Under the pieces are notes generated by a model. It did no database searches and was not told the DNA's origin. It saw nothing but the letters and a program-made list of their open reading frames with translations. From Chloroflexota bacterium (GTDB lineage: Bacteria > Chloroflexota > Limnocylindria > P2-11E), in assembly GCA_016194865.1 (NCBI GenBank), contig JACQAT010000001.1:81657-145656 (forward strand): 64,000 nucleotides of DNA. The letters run 5' to 3'. Shown piece by piece: positions 9,349-18,262 of the stretch (within the stretch, counting starts at the first letter, position 1; each line of letters opens with the position of its first letter). The position numbers were made by a program, and so were the translations under genes.

Positions 9349-10704
9349 CTAGGTCTCGGTCGCGTAGCGCCCGTAGAGGCGCGCCGTCGCGGCCAGCGCC
9401 TTCCAGTAGTTGGCGAGGATGATGTGCTCGTTCGGCGCGTGCGCACCCGAGTTCGGGTGCCCCATGCCGAGCGTCACGTTCGCGAGCGCGTGCTCGTTGC
9501 ACACGACCCACATCGGCGACGTGCCGCCGCTCGTCGGAACGAGCAGGGCCTCCTTGCCGAACGTCTCCTCGGCCGCGGCCTTCGTCGCGCGGACGAGTGG
9601 ATCGTCCCAGCGGCCGCGATACGGCCGGGTGCCCTCCTTCGCGATCATCTCGACCTCCGTGAATCCCTCACGGTCGAGGTGCTCGCGCAGCAGCGCGCGG
9701 ATCCGCGCCGGGTCCTGATCGGGGACGAGGCGGAAGTCGATCTTGCACGCGGCCTCGGACGGGATCACGGTCTTGGTCCCCTCGGTGATGAATCCGCTCC
9801 AGAGGCCCGCGATGTTGCAGGTCGGCTCGAACTGGGACATCACGCGGACGTCGGCGTCGTTCCGTCCGAACGCGAAGCCGCGGTCGAGCCCGAAGATCCG
9901 CTTGACCTCGGCGGCATCGAACGGAAGACCGGCGACGTGAGCGCGCTCCTCCGCCGACGGGGCGCGTACGTCGTCGTAAAAACCTTTGATACGAATGCGG
10001 CCGTCCGCGTCCATGAGCGTGGACAGCGCCGCGACGAGTCGCCACGCCGCGTTCGGGAGGTGCGTCGCGCCCCCCGAATGCGCGTCGCGGGCCATCGAGC
10101 GCACGCGCAGCTCGACGTAGAAGATCCCCTTGCCGCCGAGCAGCAGCTGCGGACGGCCGGCGCTGTCGATCCCGCCGCCCTCCTTCAACGCGCCGGTGCC
10201 CTTCGTGAGGCCCGGCGCCTTCGCGAGCAGCTCCTCGAGATGACCGCTGCCCGACTCCTCCTCGCCCTCGATGAGGAAACGCACGCGGATCGGCATCTCG
10301 CCGAAGCACGCGCGATAGGCCTCGAGGGCCTGGATGCGCAGCAGGAGATGGCCCTTGTTGTCGTCCGCGCCGCGCGCGAAGAAGGCGCCGTCGCGGATGC
10401 TCGGCTCGTACGGGGACGTCTTCCACAGCCCGAGCGGCACCGCCGGCTGCACGTCGTAGTGCTGCACGCCGATCAGCGTCCTCTCACCGTGGCCGATCTC
10501 TCCGACGACGAGCGGCGGCGCGCTGTCCACGCTGAGCTGCCGCGTCACGCAGCCCGCCGCCCGCAGACGCTGCTCGCACCAGTCCGCGGCGCGCTGGAGC
10601 GCGACGGGATCCGTCGCCTCGGAGGGGATCGCGCACAGCTCGCGCAGCTCGCTCGTGAAGCGGTCGGCGTTCTCCGCGATGTAGCTGGCGAGCGCGACGG
10701 TCAA
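9349..10704 (-). CDS. M20 family metallopeptidase (dipeptidase/ArgE/DapE-like)
   Basis: 451 aa with metal-binding blocks GVQHYDVQP, ARGADDNKGHLL and LIEGEEESGS typical of M20/M25/M40 peptidases. Confidence 0.8.
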   Translation of the reverse strand: MTVALASYIAENADRFTSELRELCAIPSEATDPVALQRAADWCEQRLRAAGCVTRQLSVDSAPPLVVGEIGHGERTLIGVQHYDVQPAVPLGLWKTSPYEPSIRDGAFFARGADDNKGHLLLRIQALEAYRACFGEMPIRVRFLIEGEEESGSGHLEELLAKAPGLTKGTGALKEGGGIDSAGRPQLLLGGKGIFYVELRVRSMARDAHSGGATHLPNAAWRLVAALSTLMDADGRIRIKGFYDDVRAPSAEERAHVAGLPFDAAEVKRIFGLDRGFAFGRNDADVRVMSQFEPTCNIAGLWSGFITEGTKTVIPSEAACKIDFRLVPDQDPARIRALLREHLDREGFTEVEMIAKEGTRPYRGRWDDPLVRATKAAAEETFGKEALLVPTSGGTSPMWVVCNEHALANVTLGMGHPNSGAHAPNEHIILANYWKALAATARLYGRYATET

Positions 10705-10824
10705 GCGTGCATCCTCTTCACCAGCCGCGCCCTCTGCAGCTCGCCGCGCGGCGGCGCAGCGACCGTGCGCTTCGGCCGCGCGGTCTTCTTCGGGGCCTTC
10801 ATTGCCGCGGAGTATCGCTTGCGA

Positions 10825-11742
10825 TCAGCGGACCTGCGAGGCCTTCACCGCGTGCCGAGGATCGAGGGCGTCCCGCAGGCCGTCTCCGATGAAGTTGATC
10901 GACACGACGGCGAGGAAGATGAAGAAGCCCGGGAAGAACGCGAGCCACGGCGCCTTCTCCATGTCGCTGGTCGCGTCGCGCAGCATGTTGCCCCACGACG
11001 GTGTCGGCGGCTGGATGCCGAGCCCGAGGAACGACAGGGTGCTCTCGGCGATGATCGCGCTGGCGACGCCGAGCGTGGCCGCGACGATGATCGGCGCCAG
11101 CGAGTTCGGCAGGATGTGCCGCAGGATGATCCGCCGGTCGGAGGCCCCAACGGCACGCGCGGCGAGCACGAATTCCCGTTCCTTCAGGGACAGGAACGTG
11201 GCACGCACGAGTCGCGAGGTCGTCATCCACGACAGCATCCCGAGGACGATCACGATGACCGCGGGCGTCATGCCCTTGAAGAAGACGCCGAACAGGATCA
11301 GCAGGAACAGCCGCGGGAACGAATACATCATGTCGACGAAGCGCATCAGCACGCCGTCGACGAAGCGGCCGTAGTAGCCGGCGAGCATGCCGACGAGGGT
11401 CCCAAGCGTGACGGCGACCGACACCGCGAGCACGCCGACAGAGAGCGACACCCGGCCGCCGTACAGGATGCGTGTCGCGAGATCGCGGCCCAGGCTGTCC
11501 GTCCCGAACAGATGCGTGCCCGAGGGCGCTTCGTAGAGATCCAATAGCCGCGTGCGCTCGGGGTCGTACGACGACAAAAGCGGCGCGAGCGCGGAGAGCA
11601 GCGCGAGCGTCGCGAGGACGAACACGCTGGCCAGCGCGAGGCGATGCTGCATGAAGCGTTCGCGCGCCATGCGCCACTGGCTCCGCGGCACATAGGCCGC
11701 GGCGGGTCTAGGAGTAGCGGATGCGGGGGTCGAGATATCCAT
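10825..11742 (-). CDS. ABC transporter permease (DppC/OppC-like)
   Basis: 305 aa, multiple TM segments, binding-protein-dependent transport EAA-like motif region ...ARAVGASDRRIILRHILPN... Confidence 0.85.
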   Translation of the reverse strand: MDISTPASATPRPAAAYVPRSQWRMARERFMQHRLALASVFVLATLALLSALAPLLSSYDPERTRLLDLYEAPSGTHLFGTDSLGRDLATRILYGGRVSLSVGVLAVSVAVTLGTLVGMLAGYYGRFVDGVLMRFVDMMYSFPRLFLLILFGVFFKGMTPAVIVIVLGMLSWMTTSRLVRATFLSLKEREFVLAARAVGASDRRIILRHILPNSLAPIIVAATLGVASAIIAESTLSFLGLGIQPPTPSWGNMLRDATSDMEKAPWLAFFPGFFIFLAVVSINFIGDGLRDALDPRHAVKASQVR

Positions 11743-12661
11743 ACAACACGTCCGCGGTCAGGTTCGCGAAGACGATGAGCGTGCTGGACACCGCGAGGAT
11801 GCCCTGCAGCACGGGGTAGTCCGAGCGCGTCGCGGCGTCCCAGAAGAGACGGCCCATCCCCGGCCAACCGAAGATCTGCTCGGTCACGAGCGCACCGACG
11901 AAGAGCTCGGGCACGTCGAGCGCGACGATGGTGACGAGCGGGATGGCCGCGTTCTTCAAGGCGTGACGCAGCACGACGACCCGCTCGCCGAGGCCCTTGG
12001 CGCGGGCGGTGCGCAGGAAGTCTTGGCCGATGGTCTCGAGCATCGACGCCCGAAGGAAACGGACGTGCGAGCCGAGCTGCACGAGCGCGATCGTCGCGAC
12101 GGGCAGGATCAGGTGGCGCAGGCGGTCGCCGACGTCGAAAGGCGCGCCGGACGTCGCGATCCCGCCGAGGGGGAGCCAGCGCAGGTCCAGGCCGAAGACG
12201 ATGATGAGCAGCAGCCCGAGCCAGAACGTGGGCGTCGAAAGGAACGTGAAGGTCGCACCGGTCACGACGTGATCGAAAGCGGAGTACTGCTTGAGCGCGG
12301 TGAGCACTCCGATCGGGATCGCGAGCAGCAGCACGACCAGGAACACCGTACCCATGAGGTAGAGCGTTGCGGGGAGGCGCTCGAAGATGAGGCTCAGCAC
12401 GGGCTGGTGGCTCGCGAAGGAATAGCCCCAGTCCCCGGTCAGGAAGCCGCTGAACCAGCTGAGGTACTGGATGGGCAGGGGCCGGTCGAGCCCGAAGGCG
12501 TGCTCGAGCCGGATGCGGTCGTCGTCGGTGAAGTTCGGGTTCCCCTCGTACGCGGCGAGCGGCCCGCCCGGGGTCACTTTGAGGATGGCGAACGAGACGA
12601 CGCTGATCGCGAGCAGGAGCGGCAGCGCCTGCACGAGCCGTCGGACGATGTAGCGACTCAC
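11708..12661 (-). CDS. ABC transporter permease (DppB/OppB-like)
   Basis: 317 aa; N-terminal MSRYIVRRLVQALPLLLAISVVSF and TARAKGLGERVVVLRHALKNA motif typical of DppB. Confidence 0.85.
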   Translation of the reverse strand: MSRYIVRRLVQALPLLLAISVVSFAILKVTPGGPLAAYEGNPNFTDDDRIRLEHAFGLDRPLPIQYLSWFSGFLTGDWGYSFASHQPVLSLIFERLPATLYLMGTVFLVVLLLAIPIGVLTALKQYSAFDHVVTGATFTFLSTPTFWLGLLLIIVFGLDLRWLPLGGIATSGAPFDVGDRLRHLILPVATIALVQLGSHVRFLRASMLETIGQDFLRTARAKGLGERVVVLRHALKNAAIPLVTIVALDVPELFVGALVTEQIFGWPGMGRLFWDAATRSDYPVLQGILAVSSTLIVFANLTADVLYGYLDPRIRYS

Positions 12662-12692
12662 GTGGCGGCTGCCGCTCCCCGCCTCGGTCTCG

Positions 12693-14381
12693 TTACTTCT
12701 TCAGGAACCAGTCCCCGATGTTCCAGGTGAACCGCTGCCAGGTGTTCGGCGCCCAGCCCCGCAGCTCGGCGCGGCGGCCGTCGATGTCTGCGCGGTCGTA
12801 GAGCCAGATGATCACGTAGGCGTCGTTCAGCGCCTTGAGCGCCGTCGCGTACGCCGCCTTGCGCGCCGCCTGGTCGAGCGTCGCGCCGGCCGCCTCGATC
12901 GCCCTGTCCGCCTCGGGACTCTTGAAGCGGGTGTAGTTCTGGCCGGCGCAGTTCGCCGCCGTCGGGATGTTCTTCGAGCTGTAGCGCGGCTCGACGGTCG
13001 AGTGCGGGTCGATGCCCGGCGCGGAAGCGAACTGCACCATGTCGAACGTCCCGAGCTTGCGTGGATCCTTCGAGGCGCACGAGCCCGAGAGCAGCACGCT
13101 CGACGGGATGTTCTGGATCTTCACCTCGACGCCAACGGCCTTCCACTCATCCAGCAGGACCTGCTGCACCCGCTCTCGCAGCTGGTCGCCGGTCGTGGTC
13201 GTGTACGTGAGCGAGGCACGCACGCCGTTCTTGCTGCGGATCCCGTCGGCGCCCTTCGCCCAGCCGGCCTTGTCGAGCGTCGCGCTGGCCTTGGCCGGGT
13301 CGTAGCCCTCCTGCGGGACCTTGTAGGCCGCCCAGCCCTGCGAGACCGGCGACGTGCCAGGCGAGGCCTTGCCGAAGAGGAGCTTGTCGATGAGCTGCTG
13401 CTTGGGGGTGGCGTAGAGCAGCGCCTTGCGCATCTCGAGGTCGCCGAGCACCGGGTGGACGCTGTTGGGATCGGTGTTCTCCTTGTTGACCGCGGTGTTC
13501 AGCTCGATCCGCTCGACGGTCGGGCCCGGCACGACCTGCAGCGCCATCGCCGCGTCCTTCTCGACGTCGGGCGTCTGCGACGCCGAGAGGTTCCACACCG
13601 CGTGGACCTCACCGGCCTTCAGCTGCGCGAGTGCGACCTCGACGGTCGGCACGCTCTTGAAGATCATCTTGTCGAGGTACGGCTTGTCCGGTCCGAAGCG
13701 GTAGTTCGTGTTCCGCTCCAGCGTGATCGAGTCGCCGGCCTTGAAGTCGGTGATCTTGAACGGGCCCGTGCCCATGGGCTTGCGGTTGTAGTCCGTCTTG
13801 CTGATGTCCGCTTCCTTCTCGAGGAGGTTCTTCGGCATCAGCGCGACGAAGTTCCGCGGGTAGGGGGCGTACAGCGATCTGTAGTGAACGACGGCGGTCA
13901 GACCGTTCGGGAGGTCGATCGACTCGATCTCGCTGAAGCCGGTCCGGTTGTTCACCTTGGGGTCCTTCATGAAGATCTCCCAGGTGAACCTGACGTCCGC
14001 GCTCGTCAGAGCGCTGCCGTCCGACCACTTCAGGCCGGGCCGCAGCTCCCAGGTGACATCGAGCTTGCTGCCCTTCACGACGACCCCGCCGTTGGCGACG
14101 GTCGGCACCTTCGTCGCGAGGGTCGGCACGTACTCGCCCTCGGTGGTCGTGTCGGCCAGACCCTCGAGGACGCCGTAGTTGACGATGTCGCTCACGGTCT
14201 GGTTCGCGTAGTGCGGCGCGAGGCTCGACGGCTCCTGCCAGATTGCGACGATGGCCGTCCCGCCCTTGACCGGCGCCTCCGAAGCCTTGGCCGAGGCCGA
14301 TGCCGTCGTCGCGCCCGTGCCGGGGGCACATGCCGCCAGCGCCATGGCAAGTGCCGCGAACACCGAAAGCGTGCGTTTCAC
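12693..14381 (-). CDS. ABC transporter substrate-binding lipoprotein, family 5 (peptide/nickel)
   Basis: Lipoprotein signal MKRTLSVFAALAMALAACAPG; 562-aa family-5 SBP fold. Confidence 0.8.
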   Translation of the reverse strand: MKRTLSVFAALAMALAACAPGTGATTASASAKASEAPVKGGTAIVAIWQEPSSLAPHYANQTVSDIVNYGVLEGLADTTTEGEYVPTLATKVPTVANGGVVVKGSKLDVTWELRPGLKWSDGSALTSADVRFTWEIFMKDPKVNNRTGFSEIESIDLPNGLTAVVHYRSLYAPYPRNFVALMPKNLLEKEADISKTDYNRKPMGTGPFKITDFKAGDSITLERNTNYRFGPDKPYLDKMIFKSVPTVEVALAQLKAGEVHAVWNLSASQTPDVEKDAAMALQVVPGPTVERIELNTAVNKENTDPNSVHPVLGDLEMRKALLYATPKQQLIDKLLFGKASPGTSPVSQGWAAYKVPQEGYDPAKASATLDKAGWAKGADGIRSKNGVRASLTYTTTTGDQLRERVQQVLLDEWKAVGVEVKIQNIPSSVLLSGSCASKDPRKLGTFDMVQFASAPGIDPHSTVEPRYSSKNIPTAANCAGQNYTRFKSPEADRAIEAAGATLDQAARKAAYATALKALNDAYVIIWLYDRADIDGRRAELRGWAPNTWQRFTWNIGDWFLKK

Positions 14382-14465
14382 CGGTCAACCCCCCCGAGCG
14401 CAGGCGCGAGTGCTCATTATTCACCCCTGAATCGGTAAAGTGGCGGTCCTGCGAAGGGGGGCGAC

Positions 14466-15305
14466 ATGTCGAAGGTAAGAGCTGCGCTCGTCCAGACCGC
14501 GTGGGCTGGCGACAAGGACAAGATGATCGAGCGGCACGTCCGCTACATCGAGGACGCCGCCAAGCAGGGCGCGCAGGCCATCTGCCTGCAGGAGCTCTTC
14601 TACGGCCCGTACTTCTGCCAGGTCCAGGACACGAAGTACTACTCGTACACGGAGCGGATCCCCGATGGCCCGACGACGAAGCTCATGCAGGAGCTCGCGA
14701 AGAAGCACTCGCTGGTGATCGTCGTCCCGATGTACGAGGAGGACGCGCCCGGCGTCTACTACAACACCGCCGCCGTGATCGATGCCGACGGCAAGTACCT
14801 CGGGAAGTACCGCAAGACCCACATCCCGCAGGTGAACGGCTTCTGGGAGAAGTTCTACTTCCGGCCGGGGAACATTGGGTACCCCGTCTTCGACACCGCG
14901 GTCGGCAAGGTCGGCGTCTACATCTGCTACGACCGTCACTTCCCGGAGGGGGCGCGGATGCTCGGGCTGCACGGCGCGGAGCTCGTCTTCATCCCATCCG
15001 CGACGTCGCGCGGCCTGTCGATGCACCTCTGGTTCATCGAGCAGACGGCGCACGCGATCGCGAACGGCTACTGGGTCGGCACGATCAACCGCGTCGGCAC
15101 GGAGAAGGAGTTCGGTCCGAACGAGTACTACGGCTCGTCGTACTTCGCCGATCCGCGGGGCAAGATCGTCGCGCAGGCGTCCGACAAGGACGAGCAGCTC
15201 GTCGTCGCCGACCTCGACATGGACCTCGTGCGCGAGGTCCGCAACACCTGGCAGTTCTACCGCGATCGCCGGCCGGACATGTACGACGATCTGGTGAAGC
15301 CCTAG
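14466..15305 (+). CDS. beta-ureidopropionase (beta-alanine synthase; nitrilase/CN-hydrolase superfamily)
   Basis: From memory (no alignment run), long matches to eukaryotic/bacterial beta-ureidopropionase blocks: NTAAVID, GKYRKTHIP, ICYDRHFPE, FIPSAT, INRVGTE, YGSSYFADP and LVVADLDMDLVREVRNTWQFYRDRRPDMY. Confidence 0.75.
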   Translation: MSKVRAALVQTAWAGDKDKMIERHVRYIEDAAKQGAQAICLQELFYGPYFCQVQDTKYYSYTERIPDGPTTKLMQELAKKHSLVIVVPMYEEDAPGVYYNTAAVIDADGKYLGKYRKTHIPQVNGFWEKFYFRPGNIGYPVFDTAVGKVGVYICYDRHFPEGARMLGLHGAELVFIPSATSRGLSMHLWFIEQTAHAIANGYWVGTINRVGTEKEFGPNEYYGSSYFADPRGKIVAQASDKDEQLVVADLDMDLVREVRNTWQFYRDRRPDMYDDLVKP

Positions 15306-16363
15306 CCGGCGCGCGCGACCTCGTTCGCCGCCGCGCGACGCGCCGTCGTGATCGGCAGCTGCCACAGACTCGACTGCCACGCGACCTTGAATCCCAGCTG
15401 CGTGTTGATGCCGAGCATTTGCTGGTTCACGTTCGCGTTGCCCGTGCGGATGAAGCGCGCGTCAGGCCGCTCGCGCAGGATCCGCTGGAGCATCGCCGCC
15501 TTCATCCACAGACCGACATGGTGTCCGCGGTGTCCGTCGATCACCGCCGTCCCGCGCTGCTGGATCACGTGCGGGATCTTCGGGTCGTAACTGACGTCGG
15601 TGAACCCCGCGCCCGCGCCCGTGGCCTCGTGGATCGCGAGGATCAGCCACCCCTCGACGCCCGCCTTGGCCATCCACTCCTCGCGATCGCGGACGTGCTC
15701 CTCCGTGAGCTTCCAGTCCGCCATCTGGAGGTTCCCGCGCGGCGCGTCGTTCATCCCGTTGGCGGCCTGAAGCAGTGGCGCGATCAGCTCCGGCGGAACC
15801 ACCTGGTCGACCTTCACGAGTCGGTAGCCGGCCGGCGACAACGCGGCCCACTCGTCGATCTTCGCGCGGTCCACGCCGGCGAGGTCCAGCTGGTTCATCT
15901 TCATCGGCAGGCCGGGCTCCGCGCCGATGGCCTTGAGGAACGCGGCGCCCGACGGGACGCGGTCGCTGACGGACGTCATGAACAGGACGTCGTCACCGAA
16001 CTCCTCGCACGCGCTCACGATGCCCGCGAGCAGCGCGCGGCCGATGCCCGCGCGACGGTGATCAGGATGCACGAAGACCTCCGCCCAGTAGAGGTGCGCG
16101 TTCTCCGGCTCGTTCAGGTTGTGATCGGCGAACGCCGCGCCCAGCAGGCGGCCCTGCGCGTCGCGTGCCCTGACGTGAGCGCGCCACTCGTGGGCCGCGA
16201 GGAGCCGCGCCCGGCGCATGAGGACCTCGGTCGAGATCTCGGGGTCCTCGGGCACGCGCTCCTTGGCCAGCACCTGCTGGAGGCGCGCGAGCTCGACGAG
16301 CTCCGCCTCCGGGATGCCGGCGGGCTCGAACCGATCGATCGTGTAGGCCCTCGTTGCGTTCAT
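15302..16363 (-). CDS. GNAT family N-acetyltransferase (tandem GNAT domains)
   Basis: 353 aa; acetyl-CoA binding-like motifs HRRAGIGRALL and the second half. Confidence 0.6.
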   Translation of the reverse strand: MNATRAYTIDRFEPAGIPEAELVELARLQQVLAKERVPEDPEISTEVLMRRARLLAAHEWRAHVRARDAQGRLLGAAFADHNLNEPENAHLYWAEVFVHPDHRRAGIGRALLAGIVSACEEFGDDVLFMTSVSDRVPSGAAFLKAIGAEPGLPMKMNQLDLAGVDRAKIDEWAALSPAGYRLVKVDQVVPPELIAPLLQAANGMNDAPRGNLQMADWKLTEEHVRDREEWMAKAGVEGWLILAIHEATGAGAGFTDVSYDPKIPHVIQQRGTAVIDGHRGHHVGLWMKAAMLQRILRERPDARFIRTGNANVNQQMLGINTQLGFKVAWQSSLWQLPITTARRAAANEVARAG

Positions 16364-16442
16364 GGTCCGCGGAGCCTAGCGAACGAGCTCGCCGCGCGTC
16401 CATCAAATAGGGCACGTTCGCGAGTGCCACTAGGCTCGTTGC

Positions 16443-17864
16443 ATGAGCGCGGACGCGATCGTGATCGGCGCGGGTCCGAACGGCCTCGGCGCCGCGATCG
16501 CGCTCGCGCGAGCCGGTCATTCGGTCGTCGTGCACGAGGCCGAGGACACAATTGGGGGCGGTTGCCGGTCCGCCGAGCTGACGCTCCCAGGCTTCGTCAA
16601 CGACATCTGCTCCGCGATCCATCCGCTGGCGGCCGCGTCGCCCTTCTTCCGCGAGCTGCCGCTCGAACGGTACGGCCTCGAATGGATCCAGCCGGCGGCG
16701 CCGCTCGCGCATCCGCTCGACGACGGGACCGCGGTCGTCCTGGAGAGGGACGTGGACGAGATGGCCCGTTCGCTCGGTCGCGACGGCGGCGCGTGGCGGC
16801 TCGTCTTCGGGGGTACCGCCCGCGATTGGGAGCGAATCGTCGGGCACATGACCGGACCGCTGCTGCGCGTCCCGCGGCATCCGTTGACCATGGCGCGTGC
16901 CGGCGCGTTCGGCGTGCTGTCGGCACGGGCCCTCGCGGAGCTGTTCTTCCGCACCCCACGAGCGCGCTCTCTCATCGCCGGTCTCGCGGCGCACTCCTTC
17001 CTCTCCCTCGATGCGCCACTCTCCGCGACGTTCGCGCTCGCGCTCGGTGGTTCGGCGCATGCCGTCGGCTGGCCGCTGCCGCGCGGCGGCTCGCAGCGCA
17101 TCGCGGATGCGCTGGTCGCGTATCTGCGCTCGCTCGGCGGAGAGGTGCGCGCCGGCGATCGGGTCGCGGCGCTGCGCGAGCTCGATCCAGCGCGGGCGTA
17201 CCTGTTCGACGTGACCCCGGCGCAGCTCGACACGATTGCGGGCGACCGTCTCCCGGATCCCTACCGGCGTTCGCTGCGGCGCTTCCGTCCCGGGCCGGGC
17301 GTGTTCAAGCTCGACTACGCCCTGAGCGCGCCCGTGCCGTGGCGTGCCGCGGAGTGCGCGCGCGCCGGGACGGTCCACCTCGGCGGCACGTTCGACGAGA
17401 TCGCGGCCGGCGAGGCCGCGGTCATGCGTGGCGAGCACCCGGAGCGCCCGTTCGTCCTCGTGGCGCAGCAGAGCCTCTTCGATCCGACCCGCGCACCCGC
17501 CGGCAAGCACACGCTGTGGGCCTACTGCCATGTCCCCAACGGCTCGCGCGTCGACATGATCGCGCGCATCGAGGCGCAGCTCGAGCGCTTCGCGCCGGGC
17601 TTCCGCGACGTCGTGCTCGCGCGGCACGCGATGGACAGCGCCGAGGTCGAGCGGCGGAACGCCGCGCACGCCGGCGGCGACATCTCGGGCGGAGCGCACA
17701 CCGGTCTGCAGCTCATCGCGCGGCCGACGCTCGCGCGCGTCCCGCACGCCACGCCGGCACGAGACATCTACCTGTGCTCCGCGTCCACGCCGCCGGGTGG
17801 GGGCGTGCATGGGATGTGCGGCTACCTCGCGGCGCAAGCAGCTCTTGCGCGGAGCTTCGCGTGA
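16443..17864 (+). CDS. NAD(P)/FAD-dependent oxidoreductase (phytoene desaturase/CrtI-like family)
   Basis: N-terminal dinucleotide-binding motif DAIVIGAGPNGLGAAIALARAG, 473 aa. Confidence 0.7.
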   Translation: MSADAIVIGAGPNGLGAAIALARAGHSVVVHEAEDTIGGGCRSAELTLPGFVNDICSAIHPLAAASPFFRELPLERYGLEWIQPAAPLAHPLDDGTAVVLERDVDEMARSLGRDGGAWRLVFGGTARDWERIVGHMTGPLLRVPRHPLTMARAGAFGVLSARALAELFFRTPRARSLIAGLAAHSFLSLDAPLSATFALALGGSAHAVGWPLPRGGSQRIADALVAYLRSLGGEVRAGDRVAALRELDPARAYLFDVTPAQLDTIAGDRLPDPYRRSLRRFRPGPGVFKLDYALSAPVPWRAAECARAGTVHLGGTFDEIAAGEAAVMRGEHPERPFVLVAQQSLFDPTRAPAGKHTLWAYCHVPNGSRVDMIARIEAQLERFAPGFRDVVLARHAMDSAEVERRNAAHAGGDISGGAHTGLQLIARPTLARVPHATPARDIYLCSASTPPGGGVHGMCGYLAAQAALARSFA

Positions 17865-18238
17865 TCGTCGAGCTTGACGAGGCGGTCGTCGCGCTCCTTC
17901 CGCGGCGTCATGGGTTCCGGCGTGCCGCTCTTTTGATGACTTTGCTGCTTGTCGCGATCGTCCCGTTGATCCGCGACGAGCCGCTTCCTGTCCGCAGGTT
18001 GCACATGCCCGACGATGCTCAAGACGTTGAGCTGACATGGCTCCCGGACCGGCTCGCGAACGAACCGCCACCCGCGTCTGTCCGGATCCCCGTGAGCATC
18101 CGAGGCACGACCGGCCTCGCGTCCGTCGATGAGACCGTCGCGATCGTCCTGTGGACGGAGCGTGGGATCGCGTATCGGCTGCTGTCCGACACGCGAAGCG
18201 TCGGCGATCTCGTGCTCGTGGCCGCGCGCCTTCGCTAG
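17861..18238 (+). CDS. hypothetical small membrane protein (low confidence)
   Basis: GTG at 17861 overlaps the upstream stop (GTGA) and there is one predicted TM helix. Its GC3 is noticeably lower than in neighbouring genes, so it may be non-coding leader DNA. Confidence 0.3.
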   Translation: MIVELDEAVVALLPRRHGFRRAALLMTLLLVAIVPLIRDEPLPVRRLHMPDDAQDVELTWLPDRLANEPPPASVRIPVSIRGTTGLASVDETVAIVLWTERGIAYRLLSDTRSVGDLVLVAARLR

Positions 18239-18262
18239 ATCCCCCGCGTATCCTCTCGCCGC

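Noticed and set aside
9196-11547. 783-aa plus-strand ORF and the Arg-rich ORFs at 8554..9285 and 9668..10426
   Set aside because: Antisense to the M20 peptidase and ABC permease genes, which carry clear family motifs. The composition is typical of GC-rich non-coding frames.
14300-18238. 1312-aa plus-strand ORF spanning several genes
   Set aside because: Arg/Pro/Ala/Gly-rich mirror-frame artefact of high-GC DNA. It overlaps well-supported genes on both strands (GNAT, FAD oxidoreductase, beta-ureidopropionase) in other frames. Only its last 125 codons (17861..18238) were kept, as a low-confidence ORF.
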